Counted from the first letter of the stretch, positions 33,016 to 44,149 are shown. The stretch: DNA of 64,000 nt from Microcoleus sp. (GCA_042408215.1 JAYFMW010000017.1:128001-192000); one strand, 5' to 3'. Numbers and translations are program-made. Notes: a model not told the origin generated them from the letters alone.

Positions 33016-33130
33016 GCGAGACAAACGATAGAAACAGAGGGTTTGAGTCTTAAGTTGACACCAATGCAAGCTCCACCTTGCTAAAAAATTCTATAAAATC
33101 TAAAATCCAAAATCCAAAATCTAAAATCGA

Positions 33131-34216
33131 ATGGTTCGTGTTGCAATTATTGGATGTGGTATTGTTGGGGCGTCGATCGCCTTTGAACTAAGTAAATTTC
33201 CCGAACTGAAAGTTACTGTTTTGGACAAACAGCCGCCGGCACAAGCTTCCACGGGCGCAGCCCTCGGCGTTTTGATGGGAGTGATCGGCCACAAAACTAA
33301 GGGCAGAAATTGGCAGTTGAGGGAAACCAGCCTTCAACGTTACGAAACTCTAATTCCTGAATTGGCAGAAATTACGGGGCGGAAAATTCCTTTTAACAAA
33401 CAGGGAATTTTGATGCTTTGTTCGGAGGGAGAGGATTTAAGTAAGTGGGAAAAGTTGAAAGCTACTCGCCAATCTCAAGGTTGGGAGTTGGAAATTTGGG
33501 ATTTGGATATTGTGCGCGATCGATGTCCTCATATCGCTCTAAATCCTAACATTATTGCTGCTATTTATTCGCCTCAAGATCGACAAGTCGATCCAACAGT
33601 CCTAACTTTAGCTTTGGTTGATGCTGCTAAGATAAATGGGGTTGATTTTGAGTTTGGGGTGGAAGTTGAAGGCCTTACTGAGTTGCATTCTCAGGTGTGT
33701 CAGATTCAAACAACTGTAGGAAACTTAGAATTCGATCGGCTAATTATCGCGGCGGGTTTGGGTGCTTCGGCTTTGACAGCTTCCTTAAATCAATTGGTTG
33801 ACATTCGCCCGGTGTTGGGACAAGCGCTACATTTGCGATCGCCAAATCCTTTAGAAAACCCGGATTTTGCGCCAGTAATTACTTGCGATGATGTCCATAT
33901 TGTACCTTTGGGCGATCGGGAATATTGGGTGGGGGCGACGGTGGAGTTTCCGGTAGATGGCGGAGAAATTCAGGCGAATGCTGATATGTTGGAGCAAGTG
34001 ATGGCTAGGGCGATCGCACTTTGTCCAGCCTTAGCAGCAGCTACAATTCTGAGGAAATGGTCGGGGTTGCGCCCGCGCCCGGAAGGACGACCAGCACCAA
34101 TTATCGATCGACTTTCCGGTGCTAGTAATATTCTCATAGCCAGCGGCCACTATCGTAACGGCGTGTTACTCGCCCCCGCCACAGCACGCACAATTCGAGA
34201 AATGATTTTGCAATAA
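33131..34216 (+). CDS. FAD-dependent oxidoreductase (glycine oxidase/DAO family)
   Basis: IIGCGIVG, WSGLRP and GHYRNGVLLAP motifs. Confidence 0.88.
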   Translation: MVRVAIIGCGIVGASIAFELSKFPELKVTVLDKQPPAQASTGAALGVLMGVIGHKTKGRNWQLRETSLQRYETLIPELAEITGRKIPFNKQGILMLCSEGEDLSKWEKLKATRQSQGWELEIWDLDIVRDRCPHIALNPNIIAAIYSPQDRQVDPTVLTLALVDAAKINGVDFEFGVEVEGLTELHSQVCQIQTTVGNLEFDRLIIAAGLGASALTASLNQLVDIRPVLGQALHLRSPNPLENPDFAPVITCDDVHIVPLGDREYWVGATVEFPVDGGEIQANADMLEQVMARAIALCPALAAATILRKWSGLRPRPEGRPAPIIDRLSGASNILIASGHYRNGVLLAPATARTIREMILQ

Positions 34217-34270
34217 TTAACAAATCTTAATATTATAATCAAGATTGCCATCGAGATCTTACATTTCCAT

Positions 34271-34753
34271 ATGTCCGAAAAACCTTTAGGTAAACCACGC
34301 TCTTTGTGGAAAGTAATTTTGCTATCCGCAGTCTCCTTGCTGCTGTATTACGGATGGTACAAATGGATTATTCAAGAAGAATTGCGTCGCTATAACGGCA
34401 GCGGTTGGTCGGGAACCCTTTGCTTGCTTCCCTTTGTTTTAGGAGTAGCTATTCCCCAAGCTTTGCGGATATTCGATCCCGACGTTCCCGGATGGTTTGG
34501 TTGGTTTTCCTTCCTCGGTATTGCTTGGATTTACATCGTACAGTTCAAACTTTACAACACAGTCAACGAACTGTATCGCCAAGAAGGCATCAAAGAACCG
34601 CTAACAGTTTGGTGGATTTTTGTACCTGGTCTAAATTTAATTGTCGGTTTGCGGCAAATCCACTTTTTGAGCCAATTTTGGGCCATAAAACAGGGAATTT
34701 CAGTTAAGGATAACTTAGCAGAAAGCATTCCTTTTCTCTCAGCTAACGCTTAA
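34271..34753 (+). CDS. Small membrane protein (DUF4234-like)
   Basis: Four hydrophobic segments; GKPRSLWKVILLS...YYGWYKW. Confidence 0.55.
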   Translation: MSEKPLGKPRSLWKVILLSAVSLLLYYGWYKWIIQEELRRYNGSGWSGTLCLLPFVLGVAIPQALRIFDPDVPGWFGWFSFLGIAWIYIVQFKLYNTVNELYRQEGIKEPLTVWWIFVPGLNLIVGLRQIHFLSQFWAIKQGISVKDNLAESIPFLSANA

Positions 34754-34986
34754 TCTACTACCTGTATTGTGGGTAAACCATTATCATCAAGAATCAGACT
34801 TAAATGGGCGCCCAGAACCGGGTTTTTTTTACGAAATAGTTCGTGGCCACCCTAGAAACCGGGTTTTTTTACGAAATAGTTCGTGGCCACCCTCAGATTT
34901 GGTAAAAAACCCGGTTTCTTTGACTGGTTTCTTTGACCTGAGTGCATCCAAGACTGAAGAATCGCCGAATCATCAAGGGTGTATCT

Positions 34987-35403
34987 TCACCAAAATCTAT
35001 GCGGCAAATCCCCAAGAATCAGTTTCAAGTCTGGTTCATCAACCCGCTTAATTGCTTTAGGAATACTTACCCACTGCCGCTTTCTCTTATAAGCTTCAGG
35101 CCAATTTTCCACAACAGTTTCTACTTGCAGTAAAAATACCTCTACCTGACAAGTATATCCAGACTTATAGTATTCGTAAGTTCCCATCAAATCAGGAAAC
35201 ACTTGACCCAACAAACCTGCTTCTTCCCAAGCTTCCTTGGCGGCGGAATCTTCGGGAGTCATCTCAGGTTCAATTAAACCTTTGGGAATTACCCAACGCT
35301 TACCTCCCGACGAAGTAATTAGCATTACTTCAATTTTTCCGTTTTGAATGCGGTAGGGAATCACCCCCGATTGTTCCACCAATACAATGGTTCTGGTACT
35401 CAT
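34987..35403 (-). CDS. NUDIX hydrolase
   Basis: PKGLIE...AAKEAWEEAG Nudix box. Confidence 0.92.
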   Translation of the reverse strand: MSTRTIVLVEQSGVIPYRIQNGKIEVMLITSSGGKRWVIPKGLIEPEMTPEDSAAKEAWEEAGLLGQVFPDLMGTYEYYKSGYTCQVEVFLLQVETVVENWPEAYKRKRQWVSIPKAIKRVDEPDLKLILGDLPHRFW

Positions 35404-35624
35404 AATTTATGAAATATATTTTGGTGCAACAACTGCTTCAACTTGGTTAACAGTTGAAGACTCAAAACAAAAATTGCACCCTGATTTTACATAACTTACC
35501 CACGCGAGGTCAAAAACCCGGTTTCTGAGTCAATCTCTCGGAGAAATCCAGGATTTTTCAGAGAAACCGGGTTTTTAGCCTTAGTGCTACATAACTTACC
35601 CACGCGAGGTCAAAAACCCGGTTT

Positions 35625-35844
35625 CTGAGTAGCTGGTAAGGTGGGTCGCCCGAAACAATCCTCCATCGTAGCGACAATCGATGAGCGACGCACCTTACTG
35701 AGTAGCTGGTAAGGTGGGTCGCCCGAAACAATCCTCGATCGTAGCGACAATCGATGAGCGACGCACCTTACTGAGTAGCTGGTAGGGTGGGTCGCCCGAA
35801 ACAATCCTCGATCGTAGCGACAATCGATGAGCGACGCACCTTAC
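35625..35844. repeat. Three tandem 73-bp palindromic units without spacers
   Basis: ctgagtagctggtaaggtgggtcgcc...gcgacgcacctta starts at 35625, 35698 and 35771. Confidence 0.9.
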
Positions 35845-35857
35845 AAAATTTACTTAC

Positions 35858-38485
35858 CTAATCTTTTTTCGACTTAGCCTCCAAATTTTCCAAACGACTC
35901 TTCAAATCTTGATTATCCTTTTTCACCTGGTCTAATTCCTCGCGCAACTGCTTCACCGCTGCATCAGAACCAGCATTTTTCTGCACTCTTTGGACAGCTT
36001 CATCAGCCATGCGACGGACGCGGCCATCAGGAGTTTGGTCAGCTAAAGAACGCAAAATCCGAATAGCTTTGCTAGTTTCCATTTGTCCTAATGCTGTAAC
36101 TACAGATACTTGAGTCAAGAAAAAAGTCTCTCTAGACAATTCTGCCAATCGCTGCAAAATCCGTTCTAAATTGATATTAGTTTGACCAGTTGAAATTGTA
36201 CCCAAAGCACGAATTGCAGCCAAGCGCAAAGCTTGGGGAGTACCAGCGACTGTGTATTTCAAAATCAGATTCAGCGCATCTTCAGAAGTTTTCATTTGCG
36301 CTAAACCTGCGATCGCCCCCGATCGCACAACCTCATTCCACCCCTGACGCTCTTTCAGCACCAATTTTAACTCTTTCAGTACCTGTTCATCCGTCGGTTT
36401 TTCGTCGAGGTTAGCCGCTGCAATTGAGCCGATCGCAGTCGCAGCAGCAGCTTCTACATAATAGCTAGCGTCGCCTTTTTCGACGATCGACCTCAGCGCT
36501 TTATAGGTTTCGTGAGTTTTGATTTTACCCAACGCCCCCACCACAGCACGGCGAACGCGAGCATCTTTATCTTTCAAACCAGTTACTAAACCTTCAAAAG
36601 CTTGGTCGAGTTTAATTTCAACTAACTCGCTGGCGACTTCGGCGCGCACGCCCCAAAATGGATCTTTCTTGAGAACTTCTGACAGGGTTTTCACCGCTTC
36701 CAATCCTCCCTTTTTCGCCAAAGCGACCGCCGCATAAATCCGGGAAACCGGGTCAGGATCGAATTGCAACTGAGCTTTTAGTTCGGCAACTGGATACTCT
36801 AGAGAAACAGTTTTTAAGTATTTATTCCCCACATCAAAACTGATAAATGCCGGCTTCTCTTCTAGGGGAAAATAGAAACTTTGCTCGCGCTCGTAGACTC
36901 GCACAGTGAAAGTTTTGAGTAGCGGGACTGAAGATGTAGAATCATCACTGTCGTCTTTTTTCGGTTTGTAACCGAAGCCGATCGGGATTTTTAGATCGAA
37001 TACATCCTTATTGTTGCCATTGCCATTTTTGCTGTCTTTTACCTGAGTTTGAGTAACAGTCACTTTTGCTAACTTACTATCACCATCCCAAGCATAAGCA
37101 ACTTTGTAATCTGGATGACCGCCGCGATAAACGTACTGGTCAAACAAAAACATCAGATTGCGGCCCGTAGCTTTTTCTATGGCCCGGAGCAAGTCGATTG
37201 TTTCTACAGTTTTGTGAGCATTATCCTGGACAAAAGTCTGAATTGCTTGGTAAAATAATTCATCGCCTAACTCGGCGCGGATCATGTGGTAAACGCAAGC
37301 GCCTTTTTCGTACAAATGGCGATCGTACAATTCGATCGCTTCGCGGTAAACGTGAGTGACAATGGGGCGGCGGTAGCGAGAACTGTCTTCCGCTAAATAA
37401 TTGCGCGCCTCATTTAACATATAGTAAGCCGCATCTTCTTTGCCGTATTCTTGATCTGTCCACAGCACCTCGCAATAGGAAGCCATGCCTTCTTTGATCC
37501 AAGCATGAGACCAGTGTTTAATTACTACTAAATCACCAAACCACTGGTGAGCTAATTCGTGAGCAACTAAGCTTTCAGTACCTCGATTATCGAGGGTGGC
37601 GCGTTCGTCTAACAAGCACCTATCTGTCAGCAAAGTTGTGGAAGTATTTTCCATGCCGCCGAAGATGAAATCATCGACGCAGACTTGAGCGTATTTGGGA
37701 AACGGGTAAGGATAGCCAAATGCTTGAGAGAAGAATTCAATCATTTGAGGCGTTTTGCCCATGCTGCGTTTGGCGTCGGCTTCGCGGCTTTTTTCGACGT
37801 AATAATTAACAGGTTTACCGTTCCATTCGTCTTCAATTTCGGCAAAATCTCCCACAGCTAAAGTCATCAAATAGGTGGGGTGAACCTGTTTCTGCGACCA
37901 GTGATAAATTTTATCGTCGCCGTCGGTTTCTGTGTTGATTAATTCGCCGTTAGAAATAGCAAAAAGTTGTCTGGGAACTTGCACTCGGATTTCGGAAGTA
38001 GCGAGTTGTCCGGGATAGTCGAAACAGGGAAACCAGAAGCGAGAGTCTTCGTCTTCGCCCTGAGTCCAAACTTGAGTAGGTTTGTTGGGATAGTGTTTGT
38101 CTGGGCCGACGAAATAGAGGCCGCGTTGGGGTTTTTCGACTGAGTATTCGATCGCAATTGTAATCGGTTGGTTCGCTGCTGTTGGTTCGTGCAATTGAAC
38201 TTGTAGCACTTCGCCGTCGCTGTCGAAAGTTTGCTTGGTGTCGCCGACTTTTACGGATTTAATTTTTAGGTTGACAGCATCTAATGTTAATTTGTCAATA
38301 CCGCTGCGGACTGGATTGATGCGGATGCTGCAAGTGCCGCGAAAGCTTTGTTTGGGAATATCCAGCACTAAGTCGAGGAAAATATGCTCTACTTGACCGG
38401 GGCGATCGGGGTTATAATGTGGCCTAGCACCGGGCATCTCGAAGGATTTGTGACCGTTTTCAGAATCCAAGTAATTGTGTGACAT
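35858..38485 (-). CDS. pepN: M1-family aminopeptidase N with C-terminal HEAT repeats
   Basis: GGMEN and HELAHQWFG...E zinc motif; HEAT repeats and coiled-coil tail. Confidence 0.92.
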   Translation of the reverse strand: MSHNYLDSENGHKSFEMPGARPHYNPDRPGQVEHIFLDLVLDIPKQSFRGTCSIRINPVRSGIDKLTLDAVNLKIKSVKVGDTKQTFDSDGEVLQVQLHEPTAANQPITIAIEYSVEKPQRGLYFVGPDKHYPNKPTQVWTQGEDEDSRFWFPCFDYPGQLATSEIRVQVPRQLFAISNGELINTETDGDDKIYHWSQKQVHPTYLMTLAVGDFAEIEDEWNGKPVNYYVEKSREADAKRSMGKTPQMIEFFSQAFGYPYPFPKYAQVCVDDFIFGGMENTSTTLLTDRCLLDERATLDNRGTESLVAHELAHQWFGDLVVIKHWSHAWIKEGMASYCEVLWTDQEYGKEDAAYYMLNEARNYLAEDSSRYRRPIVTHVYREAIELYDRHLYEKGACVYHMIRAELGDELFYQAIQTFVQDNAHKTVETIDLLRAIEKATGRNLMFLFDQYVYRGGHPDYKVAYAWDGDSKLAKVTVTQTQVKDSKNGNGNNKDVFDLKIPIGFGYKPKKDDSDDSTSSVPLLKTFTVRVYEREQSFYFPLEEKPAFISFDVGNKYLKTVSLEYPVAELKAQLQFDPDPVSRIYAAVALAKKGGLEAVKTLSEVLKKDPFWGVRAEVASELVEIKLDQAFEGLVTGLKDKDARVRRAVVGALGKIKTHETYKALRSIVEKGDASYYVEAAAATAIGSIAAANLDEKPTDEQVLKELKLVLKERQGWNEVVRSGAIAGLAQMKTSEDALNLILKYTVAGTPQALRLAAIRALGTISTGQTNINLERILQRLAELSRETFFLTQVSVVTALGQMETSKAIRILRSLADQTPDGRVRRMADEAVQRVQKNAGSDAAVKQLREELDQVKKDNQDLKSRLENLEAKSKKD

Positions 38486-38711
38486 TTTGATGGTAAAGTT
38501 GTGAATCGATCGGCGATCGCTGGTACTTGAGCTGCTGCTGAGCTGCCAGCTTATTATAGAGTAGCGCGTCAAAGTTGCTGTTGTCTCTAATCTGATTAAA
38601 AACTCGGCTAATCATCGCCCGGAGCGAACCTCGGATTTTTTTGCTACAATACCAGCAAGGCTGATGTCTACAATTCATCAGCCTGCCATTGAAATTGAGA
38701 GGGAAATCTGT

Positions 38712-39794
38712 ATGACAGCTATACTATCAGTTTCCAATTCGATCGAGTCTTGGCTCGGCGATGAAGCAGAAGACTTGCTCGGCCATCAAGCGAAAGTTTC
38801 TAAAGATTTGTTGCACCTGCCCGGCCCGGATTGGGTAGACAGAATTTTTGCTCAGACAGATAGATCTCCTCAAGTCCTCCGCTCCCTTCAGCAACTCTAT
38901 TCTAGCGGACGCTTGGCGAATACTGGCTATTTATCTATCCTGCCAGTAGACCAAGGAATCGAACACTCCGCGGCCGCTTCTTTTGCACCGAATCCCATCT
39001 ATTTTGACAGCGAAAATATCGTTAAATTAGCAATTTCTGCTGGCTGCAATGCTGTCGCGACGACCCTGGGAGTTTTGGGAAGTGTATCTCGAAAATACGC
39101 GCACAAAATCCCTTTTATTGTCAAGCTAAATCACAACGAATTGCTGACTTATCCCAATCAATACGACCAAATAATGTTTGCTTCTATAGAACAAGCTTGG
39201 AATTTGGGAGCGGTTGCAGTGGGAGCAACAATCTATTTTGGTTCGCCGGAATCGACGCGACAAATCCAAGAAGTCAGTCAAGCTTTTGCTCACGCTCACG
39301 AATACGGAATGGCGACAATTCTGTGGTGCTACCTCCGCAACGATATTTTCAAACAAGACAAAGATTATCACCTTGCAGCGGATTTGACCGGGCAAGCAAA
39401 TCACTTGGGAGTAACAATTCAAGCTGACATTATTAAGCAGAAATTGCCAGAGTGCAACAACGGTTACGAAGCTGTTGCTAAAGCTAGTGGCCACAGTTAC
39501 GGCAAAACCGACAAGCGGGTTTATTCGGATTTGACGACGGATCACCCGATCGATCTCACTCGCTATCAAGTGCTCAACTGTTATGCGGGAAGGAGCGGTT
39601 TAATAAATTCCGGCGGTGCTTCGGGAAAAACCGATTTTGCGGAGGCAATTCGCACCGCAGTAATTAACAAACGCGCTGGAGGTTGCGGTTTAATTTCGGG
39701 TCGCAAAACTTTTCAGCGTCCCTTTGAGGAAGGGGTGAAATTGTTTAACGCAATTCAAGACGTTTATTTGTCGCCCGAAATCTCGATCGCCTAA
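38712..39794 (+). CDS. fbaB: Class I fructose-bisphosphate aldolase
   Basis: [19 protein letters not shown] and GLISGRK motifs. Confidence 0.93.
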   Translation: MTAILSVSNSIESWLGDEAEDLLGHQAKVSKDLLHLPGPDWVDRIFAQTDRSPQVLRSLQQLYSSGRLANTGYLSILPVDQGIEHSAAASFAPNPIYFDSENIVKLAISAGCNAVATTLGVLGSVSRKYAHKIPFIVKLNHNELLTYPNQYDQIMFASIEQAWNLGAVAVGATIYFGSPESTRQIQEVSQAFAHAHEYGMATILWCYLRNDIFKQDKDYHLAADLTGQANHLGVTIQADIIKQKLPECNNGYEAVAKASGHSYGKTDKRVYSDLTTDHPIDLTRYQVLNCYAGRSGLINSGGASGKTDFAEAIRTAVINKRAGGCGLISGRKTFQRPFEEGVKLFNAIQDVYLSPEISIA

Positions 39795-39924
39795 AAATTC
39801 ACAGCATTAATGCTTTAGCAAGTGTTGCTTTTGACAGCGGATTTGCACGAAAAACGCCGATGACTATGGGAATGACGCGCCGATTGCAGGATTTGCGATC
39901 GACTCTGGGGGTTAGCCTGGAAGT

Positions 39925-40251
39925 TTATTCAGTTTTTGGCTGAATTTCACTGACAATTTCATAAACATCAGTGTCTGGTATTTTTGCAAACAAAGGCGTC
40001 ATCTGCTTCAAGATTTCCTGGTAAGCTTCGCTTTGATTGGCTGCCATATCTTCTACGCTTTCCCAAAAAATGATCGCAATACCTTTGTCTGTATTGGGTA
40101 ATTGCAGCAGGTATGCTCCCTTGAAACCTGTGGCATAAGTTGCAACTGCTTTTTCAAACAGTTGTTCTGCTGCTTCAAATTTTCCTGGTTTAAATTCGCC
40201 AATGGCAACGTAGGCAAACTGATGTCGGAGAAAGTCGAGAAATTCTGACAT
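39925..40251 (-). CDS. Antibiotic biosynthesis monooxygenase (ABM)-like protein
   Basis: KPGK...GFKGAYLL...FWES ferredoxin-like pattern. Confidence 0.65.
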   Translation of the reverse strand: MSEFLDFLRHQFAYVAIGEFKPGKFEAAEQLFEKAVATYATGFKGAYLLQLPNTDKGIAIIFWESVEDMAANQSEAYQEILKQMTPLFAKIPDTDVYEIVSEIQPKTE

Positions 40252-40675
40252 AGGTCTTTCCTCAGCTAATAGGGATACACTGAATTGTATTTTACCCGAG
40301 CGGCGTAATTTTGTGAAGCTCGCTGTTTATAGTTTTCTAGTTGCGCTCGGACGCCGGCAGACATAATTTTAGAATCTCTGAAGTTGAGCGATTCAAATAA
40401 CTAAAGACTCAAGTCTTTACTACAAACTGACTCAAGTAGAATTGAGAAGTTTTGTATCGGCTGGCCATTTTAGGTTTGTATTAGGGCCTGCCTTGGGCCC
40501 GATCGGCACTATAAGCAGTCCAGCCCTTGATTTCTGAAAGATTTTTCGTCAGTGCGATCGCACTTCAGACGGAGAAAACTGGGTGGCTGCAATAGCCCAC
40601 TTGAATTTTTCACAAAAAATGTACTATAATTATCACATAAAACTGCAAATAAATCAAACAAAAAAAATCAAAAAC

Positions 40676-41116
40676 ATGACCAAAATTTTAGTAATTGAAG
40701 ACGAAAACTTAATCCGAGAAACCATATTAGAAATTCTGGAATCGCGCAACTTTGAAGCAGTCGGCGCCCCAAACGGACAAGTTGGTGTCCAAATAGCTTC
40801 CGCCCAAATTCCCGATTTGATTTTATCCGATGTAATGATGCCCCTACTCAACGGTTTTGAAGTTTTGACAGCTTTGCGATCGAACTCTGCAACCGCCAGC
40901 ATTCCGTTTATTTTTATGACTGGTACGGAAATGGAAAAAGCTCTCAAACTCCGAGCAGACGGCTATCTCAAAAAACCGTGCAGCGCCACCCAAATCCTAG
41001 CAGCGATCGCCACTCAACTACAAAAACCCAACAGTTACCAACTCAAAATATCAAAAAATACAGACCAATTCTGCCAAACCCAATCCCAGCTTGCAGGTCA
41101 AGAATCAAAAATCTAG
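40676..41116 (+). CDS. Single-domain response regulator
   Basis: KILVIED, PDLILSDVMMP, FMT and YLKKP receiver motifs. Confidence 0.9.
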   Translation: MTKILVIEDENLIRETILEILESRNFEAVGAPNGQVGVQIASAQIPDLILSDVMMPLLNGFEVLTALRSNSATASIPFIFMTGTEMEKALKLRADGYLKKPCSATQILAAIATQLQKPNSYQLKISKNTDQFCQTQSQLAGQESKI

Positions 41117-41241
41117 GTGGGAAATTCGATCGCTTTGCTCCCAATCACAGAGTAACCCGATCGATCGTAAGTCCAGGCAATTTAAAATTGCTTCTAGACA
41201 GGCGTGGCCTAGACTGGGTATGTTGAATTTGTTAAAAAATT

Positions 41242-41535
41242 ATGAACCCACAGTCAAAAGGCCGCCTAGTTTGGAATCACTCTACCCACCTTCCCGGTTT
41301 GATACCAATTTTAGAGCGCCTCACCCTAAAAATGGGCATTCAAACCGTTACTCCCGGAGTCATTAACAAAGTTAAAGGGCACATCCCCCGCATGACATTA
41401 AGAATCTCAGTACCAATCCGGGGGGGATTTAAAATCATCGCCAGACAGGGCAAAACCGTACAAGAAGTCTTTATATTAACCACTCTCTGTCAAGGGGACT
41501 TGGAAGAGACGATCGCCCAAACCCTAGCCAAGTGA
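41242..41535 (+). CDS. DUF2103-family protein
   Basis: GRLVWNHSTHLPGLIP...ARQGKTVQEVF. Confidence 0.75.
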   Translation: MNPQSKGRLVWNHSTHLPGLIPILERLTLKMGIQTVTPGVINKVKGHIPRMTLRISVPIRGGFKIIARQGKTVQEVFILTTLCQGDLEETIAQTLAK

Positions 41536-42153
41536 CAATTTTTGCTGAGCAAGCATAGCCCTGGCTCTAACAGCAGAAGTTTCATCGCGATCGGACATTT
41601 CGTCAAGCCTGACCCGCACTTCTGAAAGCCAAGGAGGCCCAACATTAGCCGCTGCATCTACCAAAGCTTGCAAACCCCCCACTGCTGCGTAGCGAACCAC
41701 CCATTCCGGGTCTTGGGACGCTTGCAGCAGCGTTTTAATGGTGCTTCTTTGAGCCTCCGCAATTTGTTCTGCCGGCATCAGTTGCCAGCAAATCGTACCC
41801 AAACCCCTAGCCGCCGCCCGCCGCACGCTCAAAGCAAAGTCATTCGCCGCCGCATCCAGCAAAATATCTAAACCCCTGGGGTCGCCAATTCCCGCCAAGG
41901 CCCGAACGGCCCAAGCCCTGGCTCCGTAATTGTAGCCGTCAAGCTGTTCTAGCAGCGGCAGCACCGCAGGTTCTCCGAGTAGAATTAGCCCGTCAACGGC
42001 GGCAACGGCGGCCCCTGGGTTGTTGTAGCCGAGCACTGTAATTAATGTGGGAATTGCTTCTTTTAAGTCAGCAGCCGCCAGTGCTTTGACTGCGTTTAAC
42101 AAGCCTTCAGAAGAATCTGCTTGTTCGACAGCTTGAATTAGTTCTAATGCCAT
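41524..42153 (-). CDS. cpcF: Phycocyanin alpha-subunit phycocyanobilin lyase CpcF
   Basis: LGYNNPGAAVAAVDGL, YNYGARAW and DPEWVVRYAA HEAT motifs; position in the cpc operon. Confidence 0.92.
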   Translation of the reverse strand: MALELIQAVEQADSSEGLLNAVKALAAADLKEAIPTLITVLGYNNPGAAVAAVDGLILLGEPAVLPLLEQLDGYNYGARAWAVRALAGIGDPRGLDILLDAAANDFALSVRRAAARGLGTICWQLMPAEQIAEAQRSTIKTLLQASQDPEWVVRYAAVGGLQALVDAAANVGPPWLSEVRVRLDEMSDRDETSAVRARAMLAQQKLSLG

Positions 42154-42240
42154 TTACTTGTAAGTACGCTTCCAGCGAACAATTTTAGATTTTATAACAT
42201 ATATTGGAACACTTTGATTGCGGGCGATCGCCTAGCAATA

Positions 42241-42831
42241 TCAAGTTTGATTTGTTCCAGCCATCCAAGAGTTAATTCTGTTTTCCAGAACAACTATATC
42301 TTCAGGACAAAGTTGTCGAATTCGGCTGTATCGCTGTACTGCTTCCTCTGCCAGTGTCTTGCGCCCTTCACCGGGAGAGTTTAAAAGATTTCGCTCTTGG
42401 ACAAAAGGAAGGAAGTATGTTTCTTTGGGATTAACTTCTTGACGGATGTCCAGCCACTTCCAATCCGGCGGCAAATCGTGACCAGCCAAAACCCAAACTT
42501 CTATTTCCTGCCAAGCATTTTCGGCTAACAACAAGCGCCCCGAACCTAGAATATTTGCTGCTTGTTCTTCTATCTTTGCCAGTGCATTTTTTCTACCTTC
42601 CTTACCATCTCGGTCTACACACAGCACAAAAAGATCAACCATCGCATATTGATTGATAATGCTTTTAATATTTTCCCATTTTAGAGCTTCAGTAACACCT
42701 CCTAGCAGTGGATCTTGACAAATCATCACTTTAGCGCGAGGCTTTCCAAGCTGCGCCATAATTGCACCGATAATTGGTTTTAGCATATATTGGTCTTTGC
42801 GGAAATCTTCGGGAATCACTAGAACCCTCAT
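42241..42831 (-). CDS. TOPRIM-like (DUF4276/RloB-like) protein coupled to the upstream ATPase
   Basis: N-terminal VIPED, VDRD (DxD) and QEIEVW motifs; ATGA overlap with the ATPase stop. Confidence 0.55.
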   Translation of the reverse strand: MRVLVIPEDFRKDQYMLKPIIGAIMAQLGKPRAKVMICQDPLLGGVTEALKWENIKSIINQYAMVDLFVLCVDRDGKEGRKNALAKIEEQAANILGSGRLLLAENAWQEIEVWVLAGHDLPPDWKWLDIRQEVNPKETYFLPFVQERNLLNSPGEGRKTLAEEAVQRYSRIRQLCPEDIVVLENRINSWMAGTNQT

Positions 42832-44096
42832 TCTATTTCCTCCTCATCTTCGAGAAATTCCATGACATTTTCCAACCACGCTGATTCGTGCAAATGTCCT
42901 AAATTCTGCTCTTTGATAACGCGGTTGGCATCAGGAATATCTAAAATTCGGATAATTCGGGCATCAGGTTGATTTTCCAGCCTATAGGTTAATGAAGCAT
43001 ATTCTAAAGATTCAGCACTGAGCAATCTGAGCAATTGAGAAGAGTGAGTAGTGGCTACCATCTGAATATTTTTACCAGAAACTTTGCGCTCAATCAGTTG
43101 CAGTAGCAAGTGCAATCTAGTTGGATGAATCCCATTTTCAAGTTCTTCAAAAAAATATAAGTCTGCGGGTTGCGGCCCTAGCAGTGCAGCAATCATTGCT
43201 AGAAAGCGCAGCGTACCGTCTGATGCACTGTAAGCAGATATCTTTTGTCCGTTTTCTTCCACTAATGTCAATAAAATTTTGCCTGTAATATCCGCAATAA
43301 ACTCAAAATCTTTGGCATCCATCGGTGTAAGTTCTTCTATCCACTGAAGCAGCGTCTGCTTGCTTTGAGAGTCTTTGCATATACTTTGAAGTACCGATGA
43401 AAGGTTCTCCCCGCGATCGCCCAGTATTGTTTGACCTGGTAACGACGGTAAACGCATCGCATCTGGACTTAAATCCAGGAAGCGCATCGAACTAAAAGCC
43501 AAAATTGCCAAACGAGCTATTTCTTGAATAGATGGTTGTACATTGCGATGTTCGATAACTTGTGAAATAATAGGGCGGGAATTCAGAAAAGAAACTGCTG
43601 GATTCCGACCCGGTTTTACTGTCCGAACCCGAACATTTAGATGTACGGGATCGTCTTGTCTAGGAGGATTACTTTTTGGGTGGGAATCAAAGATAAATTC
43701 ACCTTTTCCTGAAACAAACAATCGTTCAGCCACGACTTGCGGTTCTCGGTCAGTTGTACCAGCGTTAATCTCTATTCTGTATGCAGCATCGCGCAGTTTA
43801 TGCTTATCTTGGATAGTAAATTCTGCTTCAAGTGCAAAGGTAGATTCGCCCTCAAAGGTTACTTCCCTTGTCCCCCCGCGAATTCCGCGCCATTGGAGAA
43901 CACCGCCTTCAATCCATTTTTCGCCAATAATTTCGGCTAAACTATAACCTCTTGAAATTCCGTGAATAAAGCGAAAGGCATCTCTAATGTTGCTTTTTCC
44001 AGAAGCATTTTTTCCTACTAAAATAGTTAAGTTACCTACAATTAACTCGGCTTCTTTGAAGTTCTTAAACCGTTCAAGACGAAGTTTTTTGAGCAT
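42828..44096 (-). CDS. ABC/AAA_21-type ATPase (SMC/RecF-like)
   Basis: RFKNF, Walker A GKNASGKS, signature SDGT, Walker B FFEELENGIHP, TTHS. Confidence 0.88.
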   Translation of the reverse strand: MLKKLRLERFKNFKEAELIVGNLTILVGKNASGKSNIRDAFRFIHGISRGYSLAEIIGEKWIEGGVLQWRGIRGGTREVTFEGESTFALEAEFTIQDKHKLRDAAYRIEINAGTTDREPQVVAERLFVSGKGEFIFDSHPKSNPPRQDDPVHLNVRVRTVKPGRNPAVSFLNSRPIISQVIEHRNVQPSIQEIARLAILAFSSMRFLDLSPDAMRLPSLPGQTILGDRGENLSSVLQSICKDSQSKQTLLQWIEELTPMDAKDFEFIADITGKILLTLVEENGQKISAYSASDGTLRFLAMIAALLGPQPADLYFFEELENGIHPTRLHLLLQLIERKVSGKNIQMVATTHSSQLLRLLSAESLEYASLTYRLENQPDARIIRILDIPDANRVIKEQNLGHLHESAWLENVMEFLEDEEEIE

Positions 44097-44149
44097 AGTT
44101 GTCGTGACGGTAAAGGATATAGTAGGAATTGAGGAAATCTCAAACTATT

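Noticed and set aside
35625..35844. Possible CRISPR array
   Set aside because: The 73-bp units are contiguous and nearly identical with no unique spacers; no cas genes in the window
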